Shown here piece by piece: positions 44,741 to 53,736 of a stretch of DNA of 64,000 nucleotides. The position numbers and the translations under genes were made by a program. Within the stretch, counting starts at the first letter, position 1. Every line of letters begins with the position of its first letter. Source of the DNA: Candidatus Poribacteria bacterium (GTDB lineage: Bacteria; Poribacteria; WGA-4E; UBA9662); assembly GCA_046582655.1 (NCBI GenBank), contig JAYGDX010000089.1, positions 1-64,000 of the forward strand, written 5' to 3'. A model generated the notes under the pieces. That model saw nothing but the letters and a program-made list of their open reading frames with translations, made no database searches and was not told where the DNA came from.

Positions 44741-45780
44741 AGGATTTTCCGCTCCGAACTACGGTTATAGGAAGTTATCCATTTCCAGGTTGGCTTGAAT
44801 TTGCCTCTCAGAACTTAGATCAATTCGGCTTCAGCGATATAGAAGAAATTCAGGAAGACGCGGTAACTGTTGCTATAGGTGACCAACTTGGTGCTGGTTT
44901 AGATGTCATTACTGATGGGGAACAGACACGCTTCGACTTTAATTTGTCCTTCTATGGCTACCTGAAAGGGATTGAGACTGAGGCCGAAATTTCTCGACAA
45001 TTTGGTCCACCAGCACATGATCAGCGAGGGAAACACAAGATTATTGACCAAATTACTGCTCCAGATGGGCTTGGCGCGGTTGAGGAGTTTGGCCGGCTTC
45101 AACGACTGACATCTTACTTAGATCCACGCCCGGTTTTGAAGTCATCTGTACCTGGACCATACACTATGAGCGGTCGGTTGATTCCGAATGATCAGTACCC
45201 CGACCGTTACGCAGTTACAGAAGCATTATTGCCGATTGTACAGAATGAATTGATTCTTTTGGTGGAAGCTGGTTGCCAAGAATTAACAGTTGATGAACCT
45301 TCAATGAGTTGCTACGCTTACCACGAAAATCCAGCCTGGTTTGTCGACATTTTTAATCGTACAATTGAACCCATTCGCGGTAAAGTTCGACTCTCGACGC
45401 ATTTATGTTTCGGCAATTTCAAGGCACGTGCAGTTGGGTTGAGGAAATACGCACCAATGTTTCCAGCGTTTCTTGAGATGAACGTTGACGAGATCCATGT
45501 CGAAATGGCAAGTCGCCGGTTTTCCGAAATTGAGATCGTCGAATTGATTTCCCGAAAAATGGATGTGGCAGTTGGAATAGTTGATGTAAAAAGCTATTAT
45601 ATCGAATCTCCCGAGGATATAGCAGACAGTGTTCGGCTCTGCTTAAAGCACGCTTCGCCAGAGCGTTTATCATTTTCCCCAGACTGTGGTCTGAGTCAAA
45701 CTGCACGTTGGGCAGCACGCCAAAAATTAATAAATATGGTCAAGGGTGTCAAAATTGTTCGCCATGAACTTGGGCTTTAA
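44737..45780 (+). CDS. Cobalamin-independent methionine synthase II family (short MetE-like)
   Basis: TTVIGSYP, G.DVITDGEQ.R, PGPYT, DEP, HLCFGN, GIVDVK, PDCG. Confidence 0.88.
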   Translation: MKDFPLRTTVIGSYPFPGWLEFASQNLDQFGFSDIEEIQEDAVTVAIGDQLGAGLDVITDGEQTRFDFNLSFYGYLKGIETEAEISRQFGPPAHDQRGKHKIIDQITAPDGLGAVEEFGRLQRLTSYLDPRPVLKSSVPGPYTMSGRLIPNDQYPDRYAVTEALLPIVQNELILLVEAGCQELTVDEPSMSCYAYHENPAWFVDIFNRTIEPIRGKVRLSTHLCFGNFKARAVGLRKYAPMFPAFLEMNVDEIHVEMASRRFSEIEIVELISRKMDVAVGIVDVKSYYIESPEDIADSVRLCLKHASPERLSFSPDCGLSQTARWAARQKLINMVKGVKIVRHELGL

Positions 45781-45812
45781 TCCCCATATTTGTTGAACTT
45801 AAGTCAACAACC

Positions 45813-45842
45813 TTGACTTCACGCAAGACATAATGTTAAAGT
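45813..45842 (+). promoter_or_regulatory. Putative sigma70 promoter of the redox cassette
   Basis: TTGACT (45813-45818) and TGnTAAAGT extended -10 (45834-45842). Confidence 0.4.
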
Positions 45843-45874
45843 GAGGTTACAATCTTATCAAGTGAGTAAGTATA

Positions 45875-46963
45875 TTGGGAAATAAAGCGTCTTTTATTCA
45901 AAATCTAATTTTCTTTATAGTAGTTTTTCTCATTATCACCGTCAGTGGTTGTGAAGACGATGCGATAAACGAGGCCAAGCCCAAACTCGGCCAAATTGAA
46001 GGTTTGCTAAAACCAGCTGATGCTGCTACTGAAATTCAACTGGTACAGGCAGGAAATATTGTGGCAACCACCTATCCGGACGAGAATGGAAAATACATTT
46101 TTTCTAATCTGGAATTTGGGGGCTATGACATCATTGTTATTGCAGAAGGATACCATGTCGCATCTGAAGTCAACACCATCACACTTGATAAAGAAGTCGC
46201 TATCAAGAATTTCCAGCTTGTTCCACTGATGGCTTCAATACGGGGAATCGTCATAGATTCTGAAGGTGCTTTTATAGAAAATGCATCAATTACGGTCTCT
46301 GCACTTGGTGATGAATTTACAACTCAAACAGATCAATTTGGGGTTTTTTCTTTTAATCAATTACCATCAGAAGTTGGGTTGGTATTGGGAATCTTTGCAG
46401 ATGGAAAGGTTGAACTTCAGGTTACAGTTGAGCCAATTGAAAAGGGAGGAACAAAAGATCTACAAATCAGTCTCAAAGAAATAGAACAGAAAATTGGTGT
46501 CGGTTCACAAGTAGGTGACTTGGCTCCCAATTTCTCATTATCTGATGTGGATGGTAAAATTGTTTCTTTGAAAGATTTCGCTAGCAAACAAACTGTTCTT
46601 CTTACCTTTCACCGTGGCAAGTTGTGACCTGTATGCTTACCGCAGTTGGTACAACTGCTACAAAAAAATTATAATAAAATTTTAGATCTCAAAGCTGAAG
46701 TCATTGCTATTAGTCATGAATCTGTGGTCGAAAACAAGAAGATTCATCAGCAACATAAACTGAAATATCTTTCTCTATCGGATCCAACAGCAAAGACAAT
46801 TCGGGACTACAAGGTGTTAGACTTTGGCAGATTTCCCAAGGTATCCTTTTTCATTGTTGATAAGCAGGGCATTATTCGTTGGCGTTCCACGCACAGTGGT
46901 GCCAATCCTGATGATTTGCCAAAGATTGATGACTTGCTTAAGGCAATTCAGTTAGCCCAGTAA
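45875..46963 (+). CDS. Selenoprotein: lipoprotein with two carboxypeptidase-regulatory-like domains and a C-terminal AhpC/TSA (peroxiredoxin-like) domain, UxxC motif
   Basis: ORFs 45875-46627 and 46646-46963 share a frame, separated only by TGA at 46625-46627: FHRGKL-U-PVC-LPQL; upstream VGDLAPNFSL.D.DG..VSL.DF, downstream A.VIAIS, LSDP, FIVDKQGIIRW; lipobox VSGC. Confidence 0.85.
46625..46661 (+). promoter_or_regulatory. Putative bacterial SECIS element
   Basis: TGA, 14 nt, then perfect 7-bp stem GCAGTTG (46642-46648) / CAACTGC (46652-46658) with a G-led loop GTA. Confidence 0.7.
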
Positions 46964-46993
46964 TTCAATTAGCGCTGTAGAGAGGATTTTTCA

Positions 46994-47506
46994 CTGAGAG
47001 CGTTCATTCTTATCGCTTTATTTTGTTGCTCTTTCGGTTGTTCAAACGAGACTGACAACGCTGATAATCCCAGTAATCCGGCCCAAGACTCGAATTCTCC
47101 CCTGGCGCCGGATTTCACCTTGCTCAGCACGGACTTTAAGCTGGTAAGTTTATCCGACTATCAGGGAAAAATCGTTCTTCTTGATTTTTGGGCTACATGG
47201 TGCAAATCATGTCAAGAAGAAATCCCAATCTTTATTGACCTATATGACCAGTACCGCGATCAAGGATTTGAGATGGTTGGCATTTCGATTGATAGTGAAC
47301 GTCTTAAGGTAGTCAATCCTTTTATTGAGAAACTAGGTGTAAACTATACAATTCTCCTGGGTGAACCAAATCTAATGGACAAATACAATATTATGGCGAT
47401 TCCAACTGCAGTCCTGATCGACCAATCGGGTAATATCCGTAAAAGGTTTACTGGTGCGCAACTAGACAGACTTATTTACGAAAATGAATTAAAAAAACTG
47501 CTATGA
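46994..47506 (+). CDS. TlpA/ResA-like thiol-disulfide oxidoreductase lipoprotein (probable CTG start)
   Basis: LAPDFTL, LDFWATWCKSC, AIPT..LID..G; frame open upstream of TTG 47120 and encodes signal plus lipobox (LRAFILIALFCCSFGC); AGAGGA 7 nt before CTG 46994. Confidence 0.85.
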   Translation: MRAFILIALFCCSFGCSNETDNADNPSNPAQDSNSPLAPDFTLLSTDFKLVSLSDYQGKIVLLDFWATWCKSCQEEIPIFIDLYDQYRDQGFEMVGISIDSERLKVVNPFIEKLGVNYTILLGEPNLMDKYNIMAIPTAVLIDQSGNIRKRFTGAQLDRLIYENELKKLL

Positions 47507-47730
47507 AAAAATTGTCGTTGATTATCTTGGTGGGCGGAATTATCAGCATCGGAGGTTGTTCAACACACTTTACGCAAAACGAACAACTTCAACTTGACCT
47601 ATCAGGTTCTGTAGCAGAAACACCAGCCATTTTAGCCGAATTTGATTCTAGTGGAGGGGAGGAAAACTCTGGAGATATTACGAAGAAATCTGGCAGTAGT
47701 TGTGCCAACGGCGTTTGCACAATCTATTAA
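47503..47730 (+). CDS. Small lipoprotein with C-terminal CxxGxC motif
   Basis: ATGA overlap with tlpA; MKKLSLIILVGGIISIGG-C lipobox; Ser/Gly linker; ends SSCANGVCTIY. Confidence 0.8.
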   Translation: MKKLSLIILVGGIISIGGCSTHFTQNEQLQLDLSGSVAETPAILAEFDSSGGEENSGDITKKSGSSCANGVCTIY

Positions 47731-47743
47731 CAGATCTACAACC

Positions 47744-48874
47744 ATGTTTTCCTTCCTGTTTTTTTTCTTGCTTCTTTCCTTTCCATTTACTTCATTGGCA
47801 CAATTGCCTTACTTTCAAACCTTCCAACAGAATCTCAAAGTCAAATTCCAAACAGAAAGCACCTATGACAATCACATTGAATTGGGTTTGAGTATCGACC
47901 CATATACCAGCAACCTTTCGGGTCGTCGAAACCCACAAATACGAAGCCTTGTTAACCAAGCAAGAATACATCTGCAAGGCTCTTTTCCCGTCAGCCAATT
48001 CTTTGGTATAAAAACGCAGTTCAAAACACAGTTGGAAGATTACATTGGAAGAGATGATAAACTTGATAATTTTAATGGTTTCAATAACATCTTCTCAACA
48101 GAATTTCTACTTCGATTAAGCAATCAGTTGCCGCATCTTCGTTTCCAGCACCAGATTCAGCGCCTTGACCGAGAAGATGACATTTACGATTACGTTGAAA
48201 ACCAAATTGGTTTTCAGTTTGGTGAAGTGTTCAAATATCATCTTCGATTCAGGAACTTTGACGATAATCGAACTCGTCGAGAAGATTTTCTACTTGTAGG
48301 TTCTCGTTCACACTTGGGTATTGGGCGATTACAATTTGGTATCCTGAAAAACATTTTAGGCCGGTTCGAATACCAAATTGAGCATCAACGTTATAAAAAT
48401 AACTTGAACAACTTGGTGCTCGGAATTGCCAAAATCGATCCAGGAGATCTTCGTACCGATTGGAAACACCTTTTTACAACCCAACTAATACAGATTCCAA
48501 CAAATCAAATCATCATTCAAGAAGATATCAGCTTTTTTCAGAATAATTCCGATACATCATTTTACGATTTTGTAAGCCTTGAATTTGGAGGTACCGGTTT
48601 CCATCAAATGGCTGATAGACGTTGGATCAGACTGCGTTTGTTCGCACTCCAACTCAATTTTAAAGATCGAAAACTTATTTTTCAAAATCAATCGCAAAAT
48701 AGAATAAATCAGCAAATTGGAATTGACTTCCTAATGCATTGGAAGCTGACTAATAAATTTTCTTTGCTTTTCGGATATCAACTGGTGAAAAATCGTATCA
48801 ACGAGAAATCCGAAATTCTTGATTTTTTGAACTATCATCACAACATTATTTCAATCAAGTTGACCTATGACTAA
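47744..48874 (+). CDS. Putative outer-membrane beta-barrel protein
   Basis: Signal peptide MFSFLFFFLLLSFPFTSLA; alternating amphipathic strands throughout; C-terminal IKLTYD. Confidence 0.65.
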   Translation: MFSFLFFFLLLSFPFTSLAQLPYFQTFQQNLKVKFQTESTYDNHIELGLSIDPYTSNLSGRRNPQIRSLVNQARIHLQGSFPVSQFFGIKTQFKTQLEDYIGRDDKLDNFNGFNNIFSTEFLLRLSNQLPHLRFQHQIQRLDREDDIYDYVENQIGFQFGEVFKYHLRFRNFDDNRTRREDFLLVGSRSHLGIGRLQFGILKNILGRFEYQIEHQRYKNNLNNLVLGIAKIDPGDLRTDWKHLFTTQLIQIPTNQIIIQEDISFFQNNSDTSFYDFVSLEFGGTGFHQMADRRWIRLRLFALQLNFKDRKLIFQNQSQNRINQQIGIDFLMHWKLTNKFSLLFGYQLVKNRINEKSEILDFLNYHHNIISIKLTYD

Positions 48875-49772
48875 ACCAATCTTGCAAGGCAATCAATTTC
48901 TGGCCAATGTCAAAGAATATCCCAAAGAAAATGGACATTTTAACCTATGGTGGCTTGGTCAAAGCGGCTATTTGATTCAGTGGAATCGAGCAAATGGAAA
49001 TTCAATTATCTCACGGCACTTGCTGATAGACCCCTATTTATCCAACTCGTTGACAAAAAAATACGCCGATACTGACAAGCCTCATATCCGGATGACAGAG
49101 ATGGTAATTAACCCTAATCAACTCGATTTTATTGATGTAGCAACCTCCAGTCATAATCACACGGATCACCTAGACGCAGAAACCCTGATCCCATTGATGA
49201 GTGTGAATCCAAAACTAAAAATTGTTGTACCTGAGGCAAACCGTGACTTTGCTGCGGATCGATTACAGATTGATGCCGAATCACTAATTGGATCTGATGC
49301 AGGAAAGAGCGTGACAATCGCTGATATTGAAATCAACGGAGTACCCGCAGCACACGAAACGCTGGAGATTAATGCAGACGGACAGCATAAATTTCTCGGC
49401 TACGTGTTTCAGTTTGGAGAATGGACAATTTATCATAGCGGTGATACAATGCTGTATGGTGGAATGGTTATCCAATTCAAGAGATGGGAGATAGATTTGG
49501 CGATCCTGCCGATTAACGGTTCTGATCCTTCCCGCCGAGTGTCCGGTAACCTGAGCGGTTCCCAAGCAGTCTGGTTAGCTCAACAAATCGGCGCTAAGTT
49601 GGTCATTCCATGCCACTATGAGATGTTTGAATTCAATACGGTTTCACCAGATCAGTTTGTGGCTGAAGCAAAGAAGCAAGGACAAAATTATTGTTTGCTA
49701 AAATGCGGCGAAAGATTTAGCAGCAAAGGGAACGAATTTAGCAATTCCCGAAACGATGGAGGAGAAAATTGA
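48867..49772 (+). CDS. MBL-fold metallo-hydrolase (UlaG-like)
   Basis: [42 protein letters not shown]. Confidence 0.88.
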   Translation: MTKPILQGNQFLANVKEYPKENGHFNLWWLGQSGYLIQWNRANGNSIISRHLLIDPYLSNSLTKKYADTDKPHIRMTEMVINPNQLDFIDVATSSHNHTDHLDAETLIPLMSVNPKLKIVVPEANRDFAADRLQIDAESLIGSDAGKSVTIADIEINGVPAAHETLEINADGQHKFLGYVFQFGEWTIYHSGDTMLYGGMVIQFKRWEIDLAILPINGSDPSRRVSGNLSGSQAVWLAQQIGAKLVIPCHYEMFEFNTVSPDQFVAEAKKQGQNYCLLKCGERFSSKGNEFSNSRNDGGEN

Positions 49773-50968
49773 TGGCACAATCACATAAAATTACCATGTT
49801 AGGTACAGGTTTTATCGCTGATTTTTACACCTTAACGCTTCATAATCAGCGTGGGCCAGAACAGGTCCATATGGTTTATTCGCGATCTGAAGAACGGGCA
49901 AAAGGGTTCCAAGACAAATGGGGAGTTCCTCATGGATCTATCAGTCTTGAAAAAGCTATCAACTGCGCAGAAACTGACACAGTGATTATCGGTTTGCCGA
50001 ATCATCGTCACGAAGAAGCAGTGATTGCCGCAGCGAAAGCAGGTAAAGCAGTTCTGTGCACTAAACCTCTGGGACGGAACGCCGACGAAGCCAAACGAAT
50101 GTTGGATGCCGTTGAAAAAGCTGGTGTCTTCAATGGTTACTTGGAAGACTTAGTTTATCCTCCCAAGACGTTGAAAGCAATTCAATCCGTCAAAAACGGA
50201 GCCCTAGGGAAAATCTTATGGGTCAGATCTCGCGAAACACATCCTGGACCTCATAGTGACTGGTTCTGGGATATTGAACAAGCTGGAGGTGGGGCGATTG
50301 TCGATATGGGATGCCATTGCGTTGAGATCATTCGAAATTTCGTAGGCAAGGGCATCCGGCCTGTTGAAGCGATGTGTTGGGCTGATACACTTGTCCATCC
50401 CATTGATGCTGAAGACCACGGAATTGGTCTAATCCGGTTTGAAAATGGTGCTATGGGTCAATTTGAGGTCAGTTGGGCTTTTCGGGGTGGGATGGATCTT
50501 CGCGACGAAATTTCTGGTTCGGAAGGAACTATCTGGCTTAATCATTGGCTGAGAACTGGTTACGAGATGTTTACCTCAGTTGGACAGGGCGGCTACGTGG
50601 CAGAAAAGGCAGAAGGTGATACAGGCTGGCTTTTTCCTGTTGGTGATGAAGCGGCAGAACTCGGATATACTGATATGTTTAATGAAATGTTCAACTGCTT
50701 GGATAACAGCACCAAACCAACGGAAACTTTCTATGACGGTTATGTTGTCAATGCCATGATTGATGCCTGCTACAAGTCTGCCAAGTCAAAGCAATGGGAG
50801 CCGATCCAACTAGAGGTTTGGCATGGTGAGGAATCTGTCGAACATCTTAGATCCATAACTGAGATAGATGGAAAGGTTCTATTAAAAACTGAAGTCATGC
50901 CAGATGGAAAAACCAAGCAGATCCTCAAAGACCCGGAAACCGATAAAATAATTGAGCAAATACTGTAA
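49769..50968 (+). CDS. Gfo/Idh/MocA oxidoreductase
   Basis: [33 protein letters not shown]. Confidence 0.9.
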   Translation: MMAQSHKITMLGTGFIADFYTLTLHNQRGPEQVHMVYSRSEERAKGFQDKWGVPHGSISLEKAINCAETDTVIIGLPNHRHEEAVIAAAKAGKAVLCTKPLGRNADEAKRMLDAVEKAGVFNGYLEDLVYPPKTLKAIQSVKNGALGKILWVRSRETHPGPHSDWFWDIEQAGGGAIVDMGCHCVEIIRNFVGKGIRPVEAMCWADTLVHPIDAEDHGIGLIRFENGAMGQFEVSWAFRGGMDLRDEISGSEGTIWLNHWLRTGYEMFTSVGQGGYVAEKAEGDTGWLFPVGDEAAELGYTDMFNEMFNCLDNSTKPTETFYDGYVVNAMIDACYKSAKSKQWEPIQLEVWHGEESVEHLRSITEIDGKVLLKTEVMPDGKTKQILKDPETDKIIEQIL

Positions 50969-50973
50969 CGTGG

Positions 50974-52269
50974 ATGACTAACTTATTTGATATCGGCGAC
51001 CGCCATGAAATTTATCTGAACAGTTTAACCTATTCCAATTCGGCTGTCGGTCGAATTGACAATATCGTAACTTTCGTGGAAGGTGGTGTCGCAGGCGATA
51101 CTGTTCTAACTGAAATCACAAAAATTAAGAGGAAAAGTCTCGAAGCCAAGATTATCGAATTTGTTTCGCCATCTCCAGATCGGGTGGATCCTCCCTGTGA
51201 TTTCTTTCGAGATGGATGTGGTGGATGCCAATGGCAACACACTGATTACGCCACGCAGATTGATGCCAAAAAGCAGATACTAACCGAGAGTCTCAAGCGA
51301 ATTTCCAAATTAACATATCTACCGGATATTACGCTGCACCCAGCCAATCAAACACTGGGTTATCGAAATTACATTCGTCTAACGGTATCCGAAGTTGAAC
51401 CGACACTCAAGTTCGGTTTTAAACGGAAAAACACGCATCAACTTGTTCAAATTAACCAATGTAAAATCGCCGATCCACAGATTAATCTTTCATTACCCCA
51501 AGTTATTGATCTAATCCGGGATTTCCAGATTTTTTCGGTCAAATCGTTCTCTCTGCGAAGGTCAAAATCCTCTGGTGAAGTCATGTTGATTCTCATCTAT
51601 CCCAAAAGTAAGAAACCAAACTTAAAAATCCAGACTGAAGACTTAAAAAATTATCCGCAGATCAACTCGGTTTATGTCAAGACAGGTGAACGCGGTTCGC
51701 CAAGTTGGGTTGCAGGTAAACACTCAATGACGGAAGTAATTGGAGGTATCAGCTATGAGATTGGTGCTGACTGTTTCTTTCAAACTAACTTTAGCGGATT
51801 AGGAACCCTGATTAAAATTGTTGAGCACGGTGTTCAGTTCATCAAACCATTAACAACAATCGACGCGCATTGTGGAGTTGGAACGTTCACGTTGCCGATT
51901 GCCAAGTATTCACAACGCATTCTTGGAATTGACTTGCACCGGCATTCGGTGAACTCAGCCATTAAAAACGCCAAACGAAATCAGATCAATAATGTCGAGT
52001 TTCAAACCGCAAATCTCGCACAGATTAAGGGTATCAAGGCGGATTTTATTATTCTCAACCCCCCAAGAACCGGGTGCTGGAAAGAGGATTTAGTTGGCAT
52101 AACCAGAATGCTCCCACCCCACGTTATGTACGTATCGTGCAATCCAACCACGCTGGCGCGCGATTTAGTCAAACTTAAATCAGTTTACAAAATCGCGAAT
52201 TTGGATTTGGTCGATCTTTTTCCGATGACCTATCATTTTGAAACAATTGCTTGGCTTCAAAAACAATAG
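50974..52269 (+). CDS. rlmD: TRAM-domain RNA m5U methyltransferase (RlmD/RlmCD-like)
   Basis: TRAM N-terminus, PPC...CGGCQWQH Fe-S motif, FFQTN, CGVG.F, NPPR.G, YVSCNPTTLARD, DLFP.T.H.E. Confidence 0.8.
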   Translation: MTNLFDIGDRHEIYLNSLTYSNSAVGRIDNIVTFVEGGVAGDTVLTEITKIKRKSLEAKIIEFVSPSPDRVDPPCDFFRDGCGGCQWQHTDYATQIDAKKQILTESLKRISKLTYLPDITLHPANQTLGYRNYIRLTVSEVEPTLKFGFKRKNTHQLVQINQCKIADPQINLSLPQVIDLIRDFQIFSVKSFSLRRSKSSGEVMLILIYPKSKKPNLKIQTEDLKNYPQINSVYVKTGERGSPSWVAGKHSMTEVIGGISYEIGADCFFQTNFSGLGTLIKIVEHGVQFIKPLTTIDAHCGVGTFTLPIAKYSQRILGIDLHRHSVNSAIKNAKRNQINNVEFQTANLAQIKGIKADFIILNPPRTGCWKEDLVGITRMLPPHVMYVSCNPTTLARDLVKLKSVYKIANLDLVDLFPMTYHFETIAWLQKQ

Positions 52270-52281
52270 TTGGAGTGAAAA

Positions 52282-53130
52282 ATGAGTCGAAAAATAGAAG
52301 TTTGGGAAGTAGCAATTTCCATATTCTTGGTTACCGGTTTTTTGATGGCGGATGGACAAGCAGATATAGAGGGAAACACGGATCAACTTCGGTTAAGAGC
52401 AGAACTGCAACGCCTTGAAAGTGAATTAAAACGCATCTCCAATCCGGAACAATTAGAGGTTGAAGAAAACTTTCAACAACAAAAAGATACACCTGCGCGT
52501 GTCAGAGAAATCCAACAACGGATTGGGAAAATTCAAGGTATTCAGTCACAGCCAGGAAGGAAGGTATCAGTACCAACTAAAGAACAACTCGACAAAATTA
52601 TTGCCAATTTACGGGTGGAAATCAACAAAGCAAACAAACCGATTGAGAAAGTTGCTGAATTGGCACCAGGTTCGGAAGAATTGCGAATGCTTCGCCGACG
52701 TTTAAGTCACAAAAAGCGAGTACTGCACTGGAGAATTTCGCAGCGAAATTGGCTTGAAACCCAAGAGGAGAAAAAACTTCAACAGTTAGATCCTGAAGGA
52801 GAAAAGACATCACCATCGTCAGAACAGATTGAAGTTGTTCTTGACGAACTCAGCATTGATCCAACAGAATTCAACCAGTCAGAAGATACGTCATTCCACA
52901 ACCGCCAACAACTTGAGTTCTTTTCATTAAACTATGTGTCTGCAGATTATGCATTAGATGTAGTTGAACCATTTCTTACCCCTGGAAATATAGCCGTTTC
53001 AGTTGATCTTAACACAAATACCCTGATCGTAAGAGACGTACCGAAAGTGCTAATTGATATTGACCAGATAATAGCCCATATTGACATTAATACCGATAAA
53101 CAAAATAAGAGGCAAATACCAGATGATTGA
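52282..53130 (+). CDS. Exported coiled-coil protein with C-terminal secretin-N (NolW-like) domain
   Basis: Signal peptide; coiled-coil heptads; F.LNYVSA..........VSVD.NTNTLIVRD....L..I.QII..ID. Confidence 0.6.
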   Translation: MSRKIEVWEVAISIFLVTGFLMADGQADIEGNTDQLRLRAELQRLESELKRISNPEQLEVEENFQQQKDTPARVREIQQRIGKIQGIQSQPGRKVSVPTKEQLDKIIANLRVEINKANKPIEKVAELAPGSEELRMLRRRLSHKKRVLHWRISQRNWLETQEEKKLQQLDPEGEKTSPSSEQIEVVLDELSIDPTEFNQSEDTSFHNRQQLEFFSLNYVSADYALDVVEPFLTPGNIAVSVDLNTNTLIVRDVPKVLIDIDQIIAHIDINTDKQNKRQIPDD

Positions 53131-53214
53131 TATTTTCCTCTTGCGGTTGAGCAGGATTTTTTCTTTAAAAAAACCTCCTTAAAATCCTTCCAAGGAGTAA
53201 AATACATTTTCTCT

Positions 53215-53538
53215 CTAATAACTACGCCTTGTTGTGTTACTGCTTCCACGGAAGCCTGTATTCCGGTTGAAGCCTGTATTTCGGCTATTGGAATTTCCAC
53301 GGTTATTGGAATTTCCATGACGGGAACGATAATCGCCATTTTGGTTATCCCGAAGAGCCAGTTTCAGTTTACGCTCCCTTTTCAAGGTTATTCTACGTTT
53401 TTTCTCACTCGGCTTTTCATAGTAACTTCTCTTTTTGATTTCTTTGACGATTCCAGCCTTAGTACAATTCTTCTTAAAACGACCGAGAGCCTTTTCAATA
53501 GGTTCATCTGGATTAACCTTAACTTGTACTTGAACCAT
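53215..53538 (-). CDS. rpsU: 30S ribosomal protein bS21 with low-complexity C-terminal extension
   Basis: E.IEKAL.RFKK...KAGI..E.KKR.YYEKPS; AAGGAG RBS. Confidence 0.92.
   Translation of the reverse strand: MVQVQVKVNPDEPIEKALGRFKKNCTKAGIVKEIKKRSYYEKPSEKKRRITLKRERKLKLALRDNQNGDYRSRHGNSNNRGNSNSRNTGFNRNTGFRGSSNTTRRSY
53251..53322. repeat. Two pairs of 18-bp tandem repeats in the rpsU tail
   Basis: GAAGCCTGTATTCCGGTT / GAAGCCTGTATTTCGGCT / ATTGGAATTTCCACGGTT / ATTGGAATTTCCATGACG. Confidence 0.85.
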
Positions 53539-53736
53539 GACTTATTTACTCCTTAAACAACAATTATGGATACTCGAATTATATGGAATTTAAATACTAA
53601 AGTACATCAGACTTTTCTGAAATTTGCCCTAAAACACGCAAAATTACGGTATAATTGCTAACAAGATGCCAGTCGAATTATATCAACTTGACTAGCCATT
53701 ATCAATAAAAAATTAGATTATAGAGCTAATAGTAGT

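Noticed and set aside
53251..53322. Periodic 18-bp units as a possible mini-CRISPR
   Set aside because: No spacers, too short, in frame within rpsU, and no cas genes in the window.
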